In this document: piece by piece, positions 1-8,944 of the stretch
Position numbering within the stretch: the first letter of the stretch is position 1
How the letters are laid out: each line of letters opens with the position of its first letter
NCBI GenBank assembly: GCA_045544935.1
Contig: JAZPZZ010000209.1
Span: 1-45,555 of the forward strand
Direction of reading: 5' to 3'
DNA: 45,555 bases
Source of the DNA: Oscillospiraceae bacterium
Lineage (GTDB): Bacteria; Bacillota; Clostridia; Oscillospirales; Oscillospiraceae
The notes under the pieces: model-generated
Told to the model about the DNA's origin: nothing
The model's input: only the letters and a program-made list of their open reading frames with translations
Database searches by the model: none
Made by a program: the position numbers and the translations under genes

Positions 1-2
1 CC

Positions 3-401
3 GGCGGCATGTGCCATCTCGACGCGGGCATGACCCGCCAGGGCCTCGAGGGCCTCGGCACGGACGACGTCGATCTCGCCATCCTCGAGAACATCGGCAA
101 CCTCGTCTGCCCCGCGGAGTTCGACACCGGCGCCGTGAAGAACGCCATGATCCTCTCCGTCCCCGAGGGCGACGACAAGCCCCTCAAGTACCCGCTCATG
201 TTCTCGATCTGCGACGTGCTGCTCGTCAATAAGATTGACGTGGCGCCCTATTTCAACTTCAGCCTCGAGAAGTGCATTGAGCGCGTCCACAAGCTCAATC
301 CGAACATGAAGGTCTTCCCGATCTCCGCGCTGAAGAAGGAGGGCATCGAGCCCTGGGCCCAGTGGCTGCGGGACGAAGTCAAGGCCTGGCAGGAGAACTA
401 A
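3..401 (+). CDS. hypB: Hydrogenase nickel-insertion GTPase HypB, C-terminal part (5' end outside window)
   Basis: Reading frame open to window edge. Motifs ENIGNLVCPAEFDTGA and LLVNKIDV (NKxD) are typical of HypB-type GTPases. Stop TAA at 399-401. Confidence 0.85.
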   Translation, partial: GGMCHLDAGMTRQGLEGLGTDDVDLAILENIGNLVCPAEFDTGAVKNAMILSVPEGDDKPLKYPLMFSICDVLLVNKIDVAPYFNFSLEKCIERVHKLNPNMKVFPISALKKEGIEPWAQWLRDEVKAWQEN

Positions 402-436
402 AAAACAGAGAGCTGCCATGCAGCTCTCTGTTTTTT
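402..436 (+). terminator. Rho-independent terminator after hypB (A-run/T-run flanked, could act in both directions)
   Basis: Stem cagagagctg (406-415) / cagctctctg (421-430), loop ccatg, T6 at 431-436, A5 upstream. Confidence 0.8.
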
Positions 437-438
437 AT

Positions 439-515
439 AATTAGGAATTAGGAATGAGGAATTAGGAGTTGTCAGATCATAGTAATTCCTAATTCCCAAT
501 TCCTCATTCCTAATT
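439..515. repeat. Inverted repeat built from tandem heptamers (AATTAGG units / TAATTCC units)
   Basis: Left arm aattagg-aattagg-aatgagg-aattagg. Right arm taattcc-taattcc-caattcc-tcattcc-taatt. About 20/22 nt complementary, ~26-nt loop. Overlaps the MATE stop codon (510-512). Confidence 0.7.
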
Positions 516-1862
516 CGCTTTCTCCTTCCACTTCCCCGAGAGGAAGAACACCCCGCCGATGACGAGCGGCATGAAGCCCGCGAGCGCGTCTCCGAGCCAG
601 AAGCCGCGGCAGTCCATGTGCATCGCAAAGCCCATGAGCGCCGCGAGGCCGATGCGCGCCACGACGCCGTCGATGATTGCGATGGCGAGATTCAGCTTCG
701 CGCGGCCGGAGCCGTTGATGAGCGAGAAGGCGACGCTGCGCGTCGCCGCGCCGAAGAAATTGAGGATGATCGGGAGCGTGAGCACGCCTGCCGCCTTCAA
801 AACGTCCGCGTCCGGCGTGAAGGCGCGGTAGATGCCCGTCGGCCAGAGGAGCATGATCAGCGTGCCGAGAAGGGCGAGACCGGTGCTCACGAGGAAGATC
901 GTGAGCAGGATCTGCTTCACGCGCTGGTATTTCCCCGCGGCGAGGTTCTGCCCCGCCATGGTGCTGCCCGCCGTGGTGAACGACTGCGAGATGACGCCGC
1001 CCATGATGTTGACCTTATTGAAGATGCCGGCGAGCGCGGAGTAGGTCACGTCGAAGAGGTTGATCCACGCCATGAGGATGATCTTCGAGAAGCTGATCGC
1101 GGCGGACTGGATCGCCATCGGGACGCCGAGCGCGAGCAGCCGCCGAAAGGCCGCGCCGTCGATGCGAAAGCTCTCCGGCCGAAAGTCGAAGCCGAAGCTC
1201 TCGCGCCGCCGGTAGAGATAGACGATCGCGGCGAGGAAGCTCACGCCCTGCCCGATCACCGTGGCGAGCGCGGCGCCGAAGACCTTGAGTCCGAGATATT
1301 TGACAAAGAGAATGTCCAGCAGCGTGTTGAGCACGGCGGCGACGGCGATGAACACGAACGGCCGCCGGCTGTCGCCCATGCCGCGCAGAATCGCGCTCAC
1401 GATGTTGTAGCCATAGATGAACACCAGCCCGCAGACGCAGGTCACGAGATAGTCCATCGCGAAGTCATAGGCCGCCGCGGGCGTGTTGAGCCAGCCGAGG
1501 ATGCTGTGCCGCATGAGATAGCAGGCCGCCGCGATCGCGAGCGAGACCGAGAGCAAAAAGGAGAACATGGTCCCGATCGTCTTTCGGATTTCGTCATGAC
1601 GACCCGTGCCGACGGCGCGGGCCACGATCACCTGCCCCGCGGAGGAAAAGCCCATCGCCACGAAGGTCAGCAGATGCAGCGCCTCGCCCCCGATGGACAC
1701 GGCGGACATGCCCGCCGCGCCGATGTAGTTGCCGACGATGACCATGTCCACGAGATTGTAGATCGCCTGCAGGGCGTTGGAGGCAAAGAGCGGCAGCGCA
1801 AAGCGAAACAGCTGGCGCACCACCGGCCCCTTCGTCAGATCGCGAATCATCGTGTCTGCCAC
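510..1862 (-). CDS. MATE family efflux transporter
   Basis: 450 aa, polytopic. N-terminus LTKGPVVRQLFRFALPLFASNALQAIYNLVDMVIVG is the typical MATE signature region. Confidence 0.9.
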   Translation of the reverse strand: MADTMIRDLTKGPVVRQLFRFALPLFASNALQAIYNLVDMVIVGNYIGAAGMSAVSIGGEALHLLTFVAMGFSSAGQVIVARAVGTGRHDEIRKTIGTMFSFLLSVSLAIAAACYLMRHSILGWLNTPAAAYDFAMDYLVTCVCGLVFIYGYNIVSAILRGMGDSRRPFVFIAVAAVLNTLLDILFVKYLGLKVFGAALATVIGQGVSFLAAIVYLYRRRESFGFDFRPESFRIDGAAFRRLLALGVPMAIQSAAISFSKIILMAWINLFDVTYSALAGIFNKVNIMGGVISQSFTTAGSTMAGQNLAAGKYQRVKQILLTIFLVSTGLALLGTLIMLLWPTGIYRAFTPDADVLKAAGVLTLPIILNFFGAATRSVAFSLINGSGRAKLNLAIAIIDGVVARIGLAALMGFAMHMDCRGFWLGDALAGFMPLVIGGVFFLSGKWKEKAN

Positions 1863-1930
1863 AGATATGCCCCCTTTCCAAAATCGGATGGGGACAGTTT
1901 AGCACAAAATAAAATCTGCGGCAAGCGAGG

Positions 1931-1965
1931 CAAAAAGGCCGGAGGCCTTTTTCTCCGGCCTCCGG
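1931..1965 (-). terminator. Rho-independent terminator downstream of spoIVB
   Basis: On the minus strand: ccggaggcc / ggcctccgg stem followed by ccTTTTTgcc. Confidence 0.6.
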
Positions 1966-1972
1966 CTGGGTG

Positions 1973-3007
1973 TTACGCCGCGTTCAGCATCGTCTCGATG
2001 CTCAGACCGTAGCCGCGCGTCGGGTCGTTTAAGAGCACGTGCGTCACGGCGCCGATGAGCTTTCCATCCTGCAGAATCGGGCTGCCGGACATGCCCTGCA
2101 CGATGCCGCCCGTGGCCTTCAGCAGCCCCGCGTCCGTCACCGTGATCAGATAGCGCGTGCAGTTCTGCTCGCGGTAGACGCGGTCGATCGTGGCGGAATA
2201 ATCGCGCGTCTCCTGCCCTGCGACGGTCGCGCGGATGACCGCGTCGCCGGTGTGCACCTCGTTGTCCGCCGCAGTCTCGACCGTGCCGAGCGCCGGAATC
2301 TCCGTCATCGCGCCGAAGATGCCGAAGACGCTGTTTTCCTCCACGCTGCCGAGCATTTCGGCGTTCTGAAACGAGCCCATCAGCTCGCCCGCCTCGCCCT
2401 CTCGGCCCTGTCTTGCGCCGGAAATGTCCGCGCGCGTGATCTCGCCGCGCTCGATCGGCAGGAGCTTTCCGCTCTCCTCGTCCGCGATGCCGTGGCCGAG
2501 CGCGCCGTAAGCGCCCGTCGCGGGGTCGCAGTACGTCACGGTGCCGATGCCGGTCACGCCGTCGCGCAGCCAAAGGCCGAGCTGCAGCTTCCCGTCCTCG
2601 CCGCGGTACGGCGTCACGACGCATTTTTTCTCGAGCCCGCCGCGGTCGACGCGGATCGTCGTCTTCTCCTGCACGGTCTCGAGCGCCGCCGCGAGATCCT
2701 CCGGCGAGCGCACGTCTTTTCCTGCGACGGAGCGGATCACGTCGCCCTCCTTTAATCCCGCGTCCTTCGCGGGCGAGACGGTCCCGTCCGGCGTCTCAAG
2801 GTCGGCAAAGCCCGTGATGAGAAGCCCGTCCGTCTTCGCCTCGATGCCGACGGCCTGCCCCATCGGAATGAGCTCCGCTGCCCGCGCCGGCAGCGCGAGC
2901 AGGAGCGCGAGCGCGAACGCCGCGCCCGCTCTGCATAAAATTCGTCTTTTTTGCAAAAAATCCCCCCAGAACAAAATTTTTGCGCTCAGTTGGCCAATTT
3001 CGCGCAA
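1973..3007 (-). CDS. spoIVB: Stage IV sporulation signalling serine peptidase SpoIVB (S55)
   Basis: PDZ-like segment (GLKEGDVIRSVAGKDV), GTVTYCDPATGAYGALGHGI and GMSGSPILQDGKLIGAVTHVL peptidase S55 motifs. Maximal ORF starts with TTG at 3007. An internal TTG at 2956 (LQKRRILCRAG..., preceded by GGGGGGA) is a plausible true start. Confidence 0.85.
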   Translation of the reverse strand: MREIGQLSAKILFWGDFLQKRRILCRAGAAFALALLLALPARAAELIPMGQAVGIEAKTDGLLITGFADLETPDGTVSPAKDAGLKEGDVIRSVAGKDVRSPEDLAAALETVQEKTTIRVDRGGLEKKCVVTPYRGEDGKLQLGLWLRDGVTGIGTVTYCDPATGAYGALGHGIADEESGKLLPIERGEITRADISGARQGREGEAGELMGSFQNAEMLGSVEENSVFGIFGAMTEIPALGTVETAADNEVHTGDAVIRATVAGQETRDYSATIDRVYREQNCTRYLITVTDAGLLKATGGIVQGMSGSPILQDGKLIGAVTHVLLNDPTRGYGLSIETMLNAA

Positions 3008-3098
3008 AAATATTGTGCCCGCGCATCGGCGAAAGATGTTCGGAACATTCTCTCATGTTTGGAAGTCTTATTTTTTGATTTCAGAAGGAGGCAGAAGC

Positions 3099-3944
3099 AT
3101 GCCCGTTTCCATGACGTTTTTCGGCACGACCACGTGGCTTTTGGACGACGGCGAGACGCAGATTTTGCTTGACGCGCATCTCACGCGGCCGAGCATGGCG
3201 CGCGCCCTGCTCGGAAAACTCAAAACGAACGCAAAATTTGTCGACGAGGTGCTCGGCCGCTTCCCGATGGACCGACTGCGCGCGATCTTCGTCTCGCACA
3301 CGCACTATGACCATGTGCTCGACGCGGCCTACATCGCGCAGAAGACCGGCGCGGAGCTCCATGGCTCGGTCTCGGCGCGGAACGTCGGTTTCGGCGGCGG
3401 GCTTCCGGCCGAGCGCCTGCACCTCTTCAAGCCGGGGACGCCGGTGCGCGTCGGTGATTTTGAGATCACGGTCCTGCCCTCGATCCACTCGCGGCCGACG
3501 GCGATCAACAACGACCTCGGCGTCGTGATCGAGCGGCCATTATCCCAGCCCGCGCGCATGCGCGACTATTCCGAGGGCGGCTCCTTTGATTTTTACATCC
3601 GGCACGGCGAGCAGACGCTCCTCGTCCGCCCGAGCTGCAATTACATCGAGGGGGCTCTCAAGGACCTCCGCGCCGACACGCTCCTGCTCGGCATCGGCGG
3701 GCTGGGGAAGGAGGACGCCGCCTTCCGCGAGACCTTCTATCGCGAGACGGTCGGCTATGTGCGCCCGAAGCGCGTCATCCCCGTGCACTGGGATAATTTC
3801 TTTAGGCCCCTGAAAGCTCCGCTGCCGTATCAGACGCGCCTCGCGGACGACACGGCCGGCGGCATGGCCTTTTTGAAAGCGCGGCTCGAGGATGACGAAA
3901 TCGCCTTCGACGTGGTCGACGCGTTCGAGACGGTGGAGCTGTGA
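3099..3944 (+). CDS. MBL-fold metallo-hydrolase
   Basis: ATG at 3099 preceded by GAAGGAGG. SHTHYDH (HxHxDH) zinc motif. 281 aa. Confidence 0.8.
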   Translation: MPVSMTFFGTTTWLLDDGETQILLDAHLTRPSMARALLGKLKTNAKFVDEVLGRFPMDRLRAIFVSHTHYDHVLDAAYIAQKTGAELHGSVSARNVGFGGGLPAERLHLFKPGTPVRVGDFEITVLPSIHSRPTAINNDLGVVIERPLSQPARMRDYSEGGSFDFYIRHGEQTLLVRPSCNYIEGALKDLRADTLLLGIGGLGKEDAAFRETFYRETVGYVRPKRVIPVHWDNFFRPLKAPLPYQTRLADDTAGGMAFLKARLEDDEIAFDVVDAFETVEL

Positions 3945-3982
3945 GGATTGCTTTTCATTCCCAACCGAGGTAAAATAAACAC

Positions 3983-5170
3983 ATGGATAGAGACGATCTG
4001 CGGCGCATCTCGCCGGTACCCTGGATTTTGATCGTCCTGCTGGGCGTTTTGCTGGCAGGGCTGGCGCTCGTGCGCGTTTTTTCGCCCGGCGACGCGGCCG
4101 AGCCGGAGCCTGTGGAGACCGCCGCGGCCGCCACGCCGGAGCCGACGCCGGATGCGGCGGAGGCGCTTCTCGCCGGGATGACGCTGCGGGAGAAGATCTC
4201 GCAGCTGCTCGTCGTGCAGCCGCAGGCGCTCACCGGCACGAAGACGGCCACCGCCGTGGACGACGCGATGCTCTCCGCGCTTGAGGCCTACCCCGTGGGC
4301 GGCTTTCTGTTCACGGCAGAGCACATCAAGACCGCCGACCAGCTCGCCGCCTTCACGCGCGATCTGGCGCGCGCCGTGCCCGGCGCGCTCCTCACCGTGG
4401 ACGAGGAGGGCGGACGCGTCGGCAGGCTCATGTACAGTGTCGGCACCACAAAGCTCAAGAGCATGTATTCCTACAAGGACGAGGGCACGAAGACGGCCTA
4501 CAAAAACGCGTGGATTCTCGCGCAGGACCTGCAGAGCTTCGGTTTCAACACCGACTTCGCTCCCGTGGCCGACGTCTGGACCGTGAAGGGGAACGCCGCC
4601 ATCGGCGACCGCGCCTACAGCGACGATTATGACGAGGCGGCGGAGCTCATTTCCTCTGCGGTCAAGGGCTTTCAAGACGGCGGCGCGCTCTGCTGCTTAA
4701 AGCACTTCCCCGGCCACGGCAGCACCACGACGGACAGCCACGAGGAGGCTGCAATCGTGAATAAAACGCTCGAGACGCTCCGGGAGGAGGATCTCAAGCC
4801 CTTTGCCGCCGGCATCGCCGCCGGCGCGGACATGGTCATGATCGGGCACATCACTGTGCCGTCGATCGACGATGCGCCTGCGAGCCAGAGTAAAAAGATC
4901 ACGACGGACCTGCTCAGAGACGAGCTCGGCTTCGAGGGCGTCGTCATCACGGACGGTCTGCAGATGAAGGCCGCCGGCGCGATCTCCGACGGGGAGAAGG
5001 CGCTGCGGAGCCTGAACGCCGGCGCGGACCTGCTGCTGGAGATCGCCGATATCGAGGGTACGGTGGCCTCGCTCGAGCAGGCCGTCGCGGACGGCAGGCT
5101 CACGCAGGCGCGCATCGACGAGAGCGTCCTGCGCGTGCTGCGCCTGAAGCTGGAGCACGGATTGCTTTGA
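3983..5170 (+). CDS. Glycoside hydrolase family 3 N-terminal domain protein (NagZ-like beta-N-acetylhexosaminidase), N-terminal membrane anchor
   Basis: KHFPGHG motif, TVDEEGGRV, VITDGLQM. N-terminal hydrophobic helix PWILIVLLGVLLAGLALV. Confidence 0.8.
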   Translation: MDRDDLRRISPVPWILIVLLGVLLAGLALVRVFSPGDAAEPEPVETAAAATPEPTPDAAEALLAGMTLREKISQLLVVQPQALTGTKTATAVDDAMLSALEAYPVGGFLFTAEHIKTADQLAAFTRDLARAVPGALLTVDEEGGRVGRLMYSVGTTKLKSMYSYKDEGTKTAYKNAWILAQDLQSFGFNTDFAPVADVWTVKGNAAIGDRAYSDDYDEAAELISSAVKGFQDGGALCCLKHFPGHGSTTTDSHEEAAIVNKTLETLREEDLKPFAAGIAAGADMVMIGHITVPSIDDAPASQSKKITTDLLRDELGFEGVVITDGLQMKAAGAISDGEKALRSLNAGADLLLEIADIEGTVASLEQAVADGRLTQARIDESVLRVLRLKLEHGLL

Positions 5171-5231
5171 TGAACATAGAATAAACCGCCTCCCGAATGG
5201 GACGGCCCTATAAGGAAGATTTCATTCACAA

Positions 5232-5280
5232 GGAATGGTGTAGCCCTGTTGGGGGCTGCACCATTTCCTTTCTTCCTTTT
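5232..5280 (+). terminator. Probable terminator of the GH3 gene
   Basis: Imperfect stem ggaatggtgtagccc / gggctgcaccatttcc followed by a T-rich tract. Confidence 0.5.
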
Positions 5281-5307
5281 TGTCAAGCTGTTTCTGCTGT
5301 TTTTTGC

Positions 5308-5343
5308 AAAAAAATGAGGCCCCATCTTTTGCGATGGAGCCTC
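5308..5343 (-). terminator. Terminator of the transglutaminase-like gene
   Basis: Minus strand: gaggctccatc-gcaaaa-gatggggcctc followed by TTTTTTT. Confidence 0.6.
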
Positions 5344-5410
5344 TCGCGATTCTATTTCCTTAACTTAATGACATTGCCCGGCTGTCCGGCGCTCCAAAAG
5401 AACATGCTTC

Positions 5411-6439
5411 TCATTCATATCGGAACGGCTGAATGCCCGCGGCGTCGTCATAGTAAAGCATCTTTTGCTCCTCATCGAGGGAGACAAATTCCTTCCAGTG
5501 CAGGCAGGCATACTTTTCGCCCGCTGCGGGCAGGGACGTCTCCGTGCAGCTCAGCCAGTATCCCGGAACCATCGCCGCGGTCAGATCATCCATGACCATG
5601 CCCTGCTCGATTCGTTCCTCTTCGGTGTCCAGAAAATACGTCAGGTTCAGCGGTTCTTGCGGCCCGTGGAGGGCAAACGTCGGGTCGGTATGATAGCCCT
5701 CGCCGTCCACAATCATGTAGGTCCAGGCATGATCCACCCCGTCAAAACACCCGATGGCCAGCGCATCCACCCCGACCTGCTGCAAAAGATAGGCATAGAC
5801 GGAGCTGAGGTGCTCGCAAATGCCCTGCTTGTTCCTCAGAGCCGTATAGGTAAAGCCCTCTCCGTCGATCGTGATGTCGCCGTAGGTGAAATTCGCTGCC
5901 ATGTAGGCATAGAGCTTGAGACTTTTTTCAAACTCCGTGTCGTCCGGCTCCAGAACGCTGTTGAGAAGCGCTTCGATCAGCGTCTCAAATTCTGCCTGTC
6001 TGGCGACGAATTCCTCCGGCGGGATGTTGTAATAAATCCTTCCGACCCCATTTTCGAACGGCGCGGTTCCGTCATTGCTCTTTCCGGTCACCGCCATGCA
6101 GGCGGCGGGAAACATGTGCGCAAGCGTGACTTCGTCCATGCACCAGTCATAGATCTCCTGACTCGCGCATGCAAACGTGTCCCGGCCTTCCCGGAGCGCA
6201 TCGCACAGATGATAAAGAGAATCCCACCACGCCTGCGGATAGTATTTCGAGAGCAGCGGAGAATACAAATGCGCCTTGAACACATACGGCTCCACCGATT
6301 CCGGAGCAGGAGCAGCAGGCTCCGCGCTGACCGCACCTGCATCGGAGGGCATGACATCCGGCCTTGCCGCGCTCCCGCAGGCAGACCCCAGAAGAACCAT
6401 GCTCAGCAGCAATATGGAAATCAAACGATTTGTCTTCAT
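5411..6439 (-). CDS. Transglutaminase-like cysteine peptidase-fold lipoprotein
   Basis: Signal peptide with Cys (LLGSAC). Cys-His-Asp core pattern GICEHLSSVYAYLL ... DHAWTYMIV ... HTDPT. Confidence 0.7.
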   Translation of the reverse strand: MKTNRLISILLLSMVLLGSACGSAARPDVMPSDAGAVSAEPAAPAPESVEPYVFKAHLYSPLLSKYYPQAWWDSLYHLCDALREGRDTFACASQEIYDWCMDEVTLAHMFPAACMAVTGKSNDGTAPFENGVGRIYYNIPPEEFVARQAEFETLIEALLNSVLEPDDTEFEKSLKLYAYMAANFTYGDITIDGEGFTYTALRNKQGICEHLSSVYAYLLQQVGVDALAIGCFDGVDHAWTYMIVDGEGYHTDPTFALHGPQEPLNLTYFLDTEEERIEQGMVMDDLTAAMVPGYWLSCTETSLPAAGEKYACLHWKEFVSLDEEQKMLYYDDAAGIQPFRYE

Positions 6440-6473
6440 CTTACAATTCCTTGTCTTCGATACAGCGGGATGG

Positions 6474-6506
6474 AAAAAGGGACTGCCGCTGTACGCAACA
6501 GTCCCG
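6474..6506 (-). terminator. Terminator ending the S8 peptidase operon
   Basis: Minus strand: gggactg...cagtccc stem followed by TTTTT. Confidence 0.55.
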
Positions 6507-6524
6507 TTTCGGTTTTTCGGATGA

Positions 6525-7727
6525 TCAGAACGTCAGATTCGGAGACCAGCCCTTGAAGATGCTGCGGATGATGTTCTGGAAGAGCTCACGCAGCCAGCTG
6601 AAGTTGAACAGCTGAGACCAAATGGTCTGGTTGAAGTTCGGATCGGGTGTGGGAGCAGGACTGTCCGGCATCTCGGGGGCAGTGGTGCCGAAATACTCGG
6701 CAGCCGCTTTGATTGCCGCCGGCGCCTGGATCAGGCCCCAGCCAAACTCCGTGTCGTAGCCCGCATCGCCGAGATCGTAGCTGGACGCCTGCAGGATGGC
6801 CTTGAAGTCATCGGTGTTCATCTCGGGGTGCGCCTGCTTGAGCAGCGCGGCAAGGCCGGTCACGAAGGGCGCGGAGAAGCTCGTACCGCTGGAGCTGTAT
6901 ACGGAGCCGCGCGCGCCGATGCTGTAAACCTCATCGCCCGGCGCCGTGACGAAAATGCTGCTGTTCTGGTGCGAGAACTGGCTGCGCTCCAGACCCTTGT
7001 TGATGCTGCCGACGCCGATGGTCTCCGGGAGCGCGCCGGGGTAGTGCAGCTGCGTGTTGCCGTCGTTGCCGGTGGAGCAGACGATAATGACGCCCTTGCT
7101 CACGGCATACTGGACGGCCTCGCGCATACCCGTGGAGAGCCGGATGGAGCCGGAGCTGTAGTTGATCACGTCGCACTGGAATTCATCCACCGCAGCATAG
7201 ATTGCCTGCGCGCCCACGCCGTCGGGCGTGGTGTTGCCGTCGGAGGTTTTGATCGGGATGATCGTCACCTTGGGGGCAATGCCTGCAATGCCGACGCCGT
7301 TGTCCTTCGCCGCGCCGATGATGCCGGCGATGAAGGTGCCGTGGCCGCTGGAGTCCTCGGTAGAAGCGCCCTCGGTGAGCATGTGCTTTCCGGCCAGCAG
7401 ACGATTGGCTTCAAATTCGCCTGTGTTCGTGTAGATACCGCCGTCGATGACCGCGACGCGGACGCCGTCACCGGTCAGACCGCTCTGCCAGGCGGCTTCC
7501 ATGCCGATCATCTTCATGCCCCACTGGCGAGAGGAGTAGGGGTCGTTGGACATACCGGCTGCCAGCACCCGTGCGCCGTCATTGTCCGGAATGTCAGCGG
7601 TTTTAAACTGATAATCAATGGGCAGTTCCTCCGCATTCTCCGCCAGCACGGAAATGCCGAACAGCGGCATGAGCAGGCACAGGATCATCAGCAGCGTCAG
7701 GCTCTTGCGAAAGGTGTTTTTCATCAT
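6525..7727 (-). CDS. Secreted S8 (subtilisin-like) serine peptidase, paralogue 1, with conserved C-terminal tail
   Basis: Signal peptide. D (VAVIDGG), H (GHGTFIAGIIGA), S (GTSFSAPFVTGLAALL) triad. Tail WSQLFNFSWLRELFQNIIRSIFKGWSPNLTF. Confidence 0.9.
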   Translation of the reverse strand: MMKNTFRKSLTLLMILCLLMPLFGISVLAENAEELPIDYQFKTADIPDNDGARVLAAGMSNDPYSSRQWGMKMIGMEAAWQSGLTGDGVRVAVIDGGIYTNTGEFEANRLLAGKHMLTEGASTEDSSGHGTFIAGIIGAAKDNGVGIAGIAPKVTIIPIKTSDGNTTPDGVGAQAIYAAVDEFQCDVINYSSGSIRLSTGMREAVQYAVSKGVIIVCSTGNDGNTQLHYPGALPETIGVGSINKGLERSQFSHQNSSIFVTAPGDEVYSIGARGSVYSSSGTSFSAPFVTGLAALLKQAHPEMNTDDFKAILQASSYDLGDAGYDTEFGWGLIQAPAAIKAAAEYFGTTAPEMPDSPAPTPDPNFNQTIWSQLFNFSWLRELFQNIIRSIFKGWSPNLTF

Positions 7728-7754
7728 GGTTTCTCCTTCGGGATCAGAAATTGT

Positions 7755-8915
7755 TTAGAAGGTCAGATTTGCCGTCCAGCCCTTGAAGAGATTGCGGATG
7801 ATGTTCTGGAAGAGGTCGCGCAGCCAATTGAAGCTGAAGAAGTCACTCCAGGAGCTGCCCGGATTGTCCGGCTGGGACATATCGGGCGCCTCATCGCCGA
7901 AGTACTCGGCGGCGGCGCGGATGGCGTCGGGCGCCTGAACGAGACCCCAGCCATAGTAGATATCACGCCCCTTGGTGCTCAGATCCTTGCAGGAGTTCTT
8001 CAGGATTTCCCGGAAGTCGTCCGGGGTCATCTGCGGCCAGGCCTCCTTCAGCAGCGCCGCGACGCCGGCGACAACCGGCGCGGCAAAGCTGGTGCCGCTG
8101 CTGAGCGTGACGGTGCCGGGCAGTCTGCCGAGACTGTAAACGCCGACGCCAGGGGCGGCGACAAACACGCGCTCATTCCGGTTGGAGGTCGCGCTGATCA
8201 CCAGGTCCTTGTCCACGGAGGAGACGGAGATGACACCGTCATAAGAGGCGGGATAGAGCAGCTCCTTGTTCCCGGAGTTGCCTGCGGCAGCGATGACGAT
8301 GACGCCCTCATCCAGCGCGTGCTGAATGGCAGCCTGCACCTCCGGCACAATCTCCGGATCGCCGGCGCTGATGTTGAGGATGTCGCAGTGGCATTCGTCT
8401 ACCGCGGCGTAAATGCCGGCGGCCTGCGCGGCAAAGTCGGTTTCGGAAGAGGCGTAGCTCTTGATCGGCGCGATCGTGACGCCGGGGGCAATGCCTGCGA
8501 CGCCGACGAGGTTGTCCTTCGTCGCGCCGATGATGCCGGCGATGAAGGTGCCGTGGCCGATCGTGTCGGTTACGCCGGTGCCGCCGACGCAGTTTTTACC
8601 GGGGAGAATGCGGTCCTTGTCGATGTCCATCGTGGAGCCGGACAGGCCGGAGTCCACGATCGCGACGACCACGCCCTTGCCGGTGAGACCGGAGCGCCAT
8701 GCCTCCTCCATCCCAATGGTCTTCAGATTCCACTGCAGAGCGGAAAAGGGATCGTTGGAGATGCCCTTCAGGCTGCCGGAGACGCTGCTCTCCTTGACCT
8801 CGGTAAACTGATAGTCGCCGGGCGTGTCAGCCGCGAACACCGAGAGGCCGAACAGCGGCACAAGCAGACACAGAACCATCAGCAGGGTGAGACCCTTGCG
8901 GAAAATGTTGTTCAT
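7755..8915 (-). CDS. Secreted S8 serine peptidase, paralogue 2, with conserved C-terminal tail
   Basis: Same triad motifs (VAIVDSG, GHGTFIAGIIGA, GTSFAAPVVAGVAALL). Tail WSDFFSFNWLRDLFQNIIRNLFKGWTANLTF. 27-nt gap to the next gene. Confidence 0.9.
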   Translation of the reverse strand: MNNIFRKGLTLLMVLCLLVPLFGLSVFAADTPGDYQFTEVKESSVSGSLKGISNDPFSALQWNLKTIGMEEAWRSGLTGKGVVVAIVDSGLSGSTMDIDKDRILPGKNCVGGTGVTDTIGHGTFIAGIIGATKDNLVGVAGIAPGVTIAPIKSYASSETDFAAQAAGIYAAVDECHCDILNISAGDPEIVPEVQAAIQHALDEGVIVIAAAGNSGNKELLYPASYDGVISVSSVDKDLVISATSNRNERVFVAAPGVGVYSLGRLPGTVTLSSGTSFAAPVVAGVAALLKEAWPQMTPDDFREILKNSCKDLSTKGRDIYYGWGLVQAPDAIRAAAEYFGDEAPDMSQPDNPGSSWSDFFSFNWLRDLFQNIIRNLFKGWTANLTF

Positions 8916-8944
8916 CTAGTTCCTCCTTGCAGTCGGGGGGCTGT

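Noticed and set aside
439-515. Short periodic repeats (here and at 26945-27037) considered as a CRISPR array or mini-array.
   Set aside because: The units are 7 nt with no spacers and are arranged as complementary arms. No cas genes or 25-40-nt repeat/spacer periodicity occur anywhere in the window.
618-2012. Long ORFs antisense to or overlapping annotated genes. Examples: 618-2012(+), 1899-2624(-), 6828-9062(+), 18923-21742(+), 21764-22978(+), 25351-26754(+), 33286-34911(+), 35074-37458(-), 38585-40651(-), 41037-42647(-), 42569-44845(+).
   Set aside because: Their translations are Arg/Ala/Gly/His-rich low-complexity strings with no motifs. They mirror genes that have clear family signatures. 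Stop-codon scarcity on the antisense strand is expected in GC-rich DNA.
6525-6536. Conserved C-terminal N-L-T/S-F in all three S8 peptidases, considered as evidence for N-glycosylation.
   Set aside because: No oligosaccharyltransferase (PglB/AglB-like) gene is seen, the adjacent-window GT39 is an O-type enzyme, and sequon conservation alone is insufficient. It is mentioned only as a note within the S8 finding.
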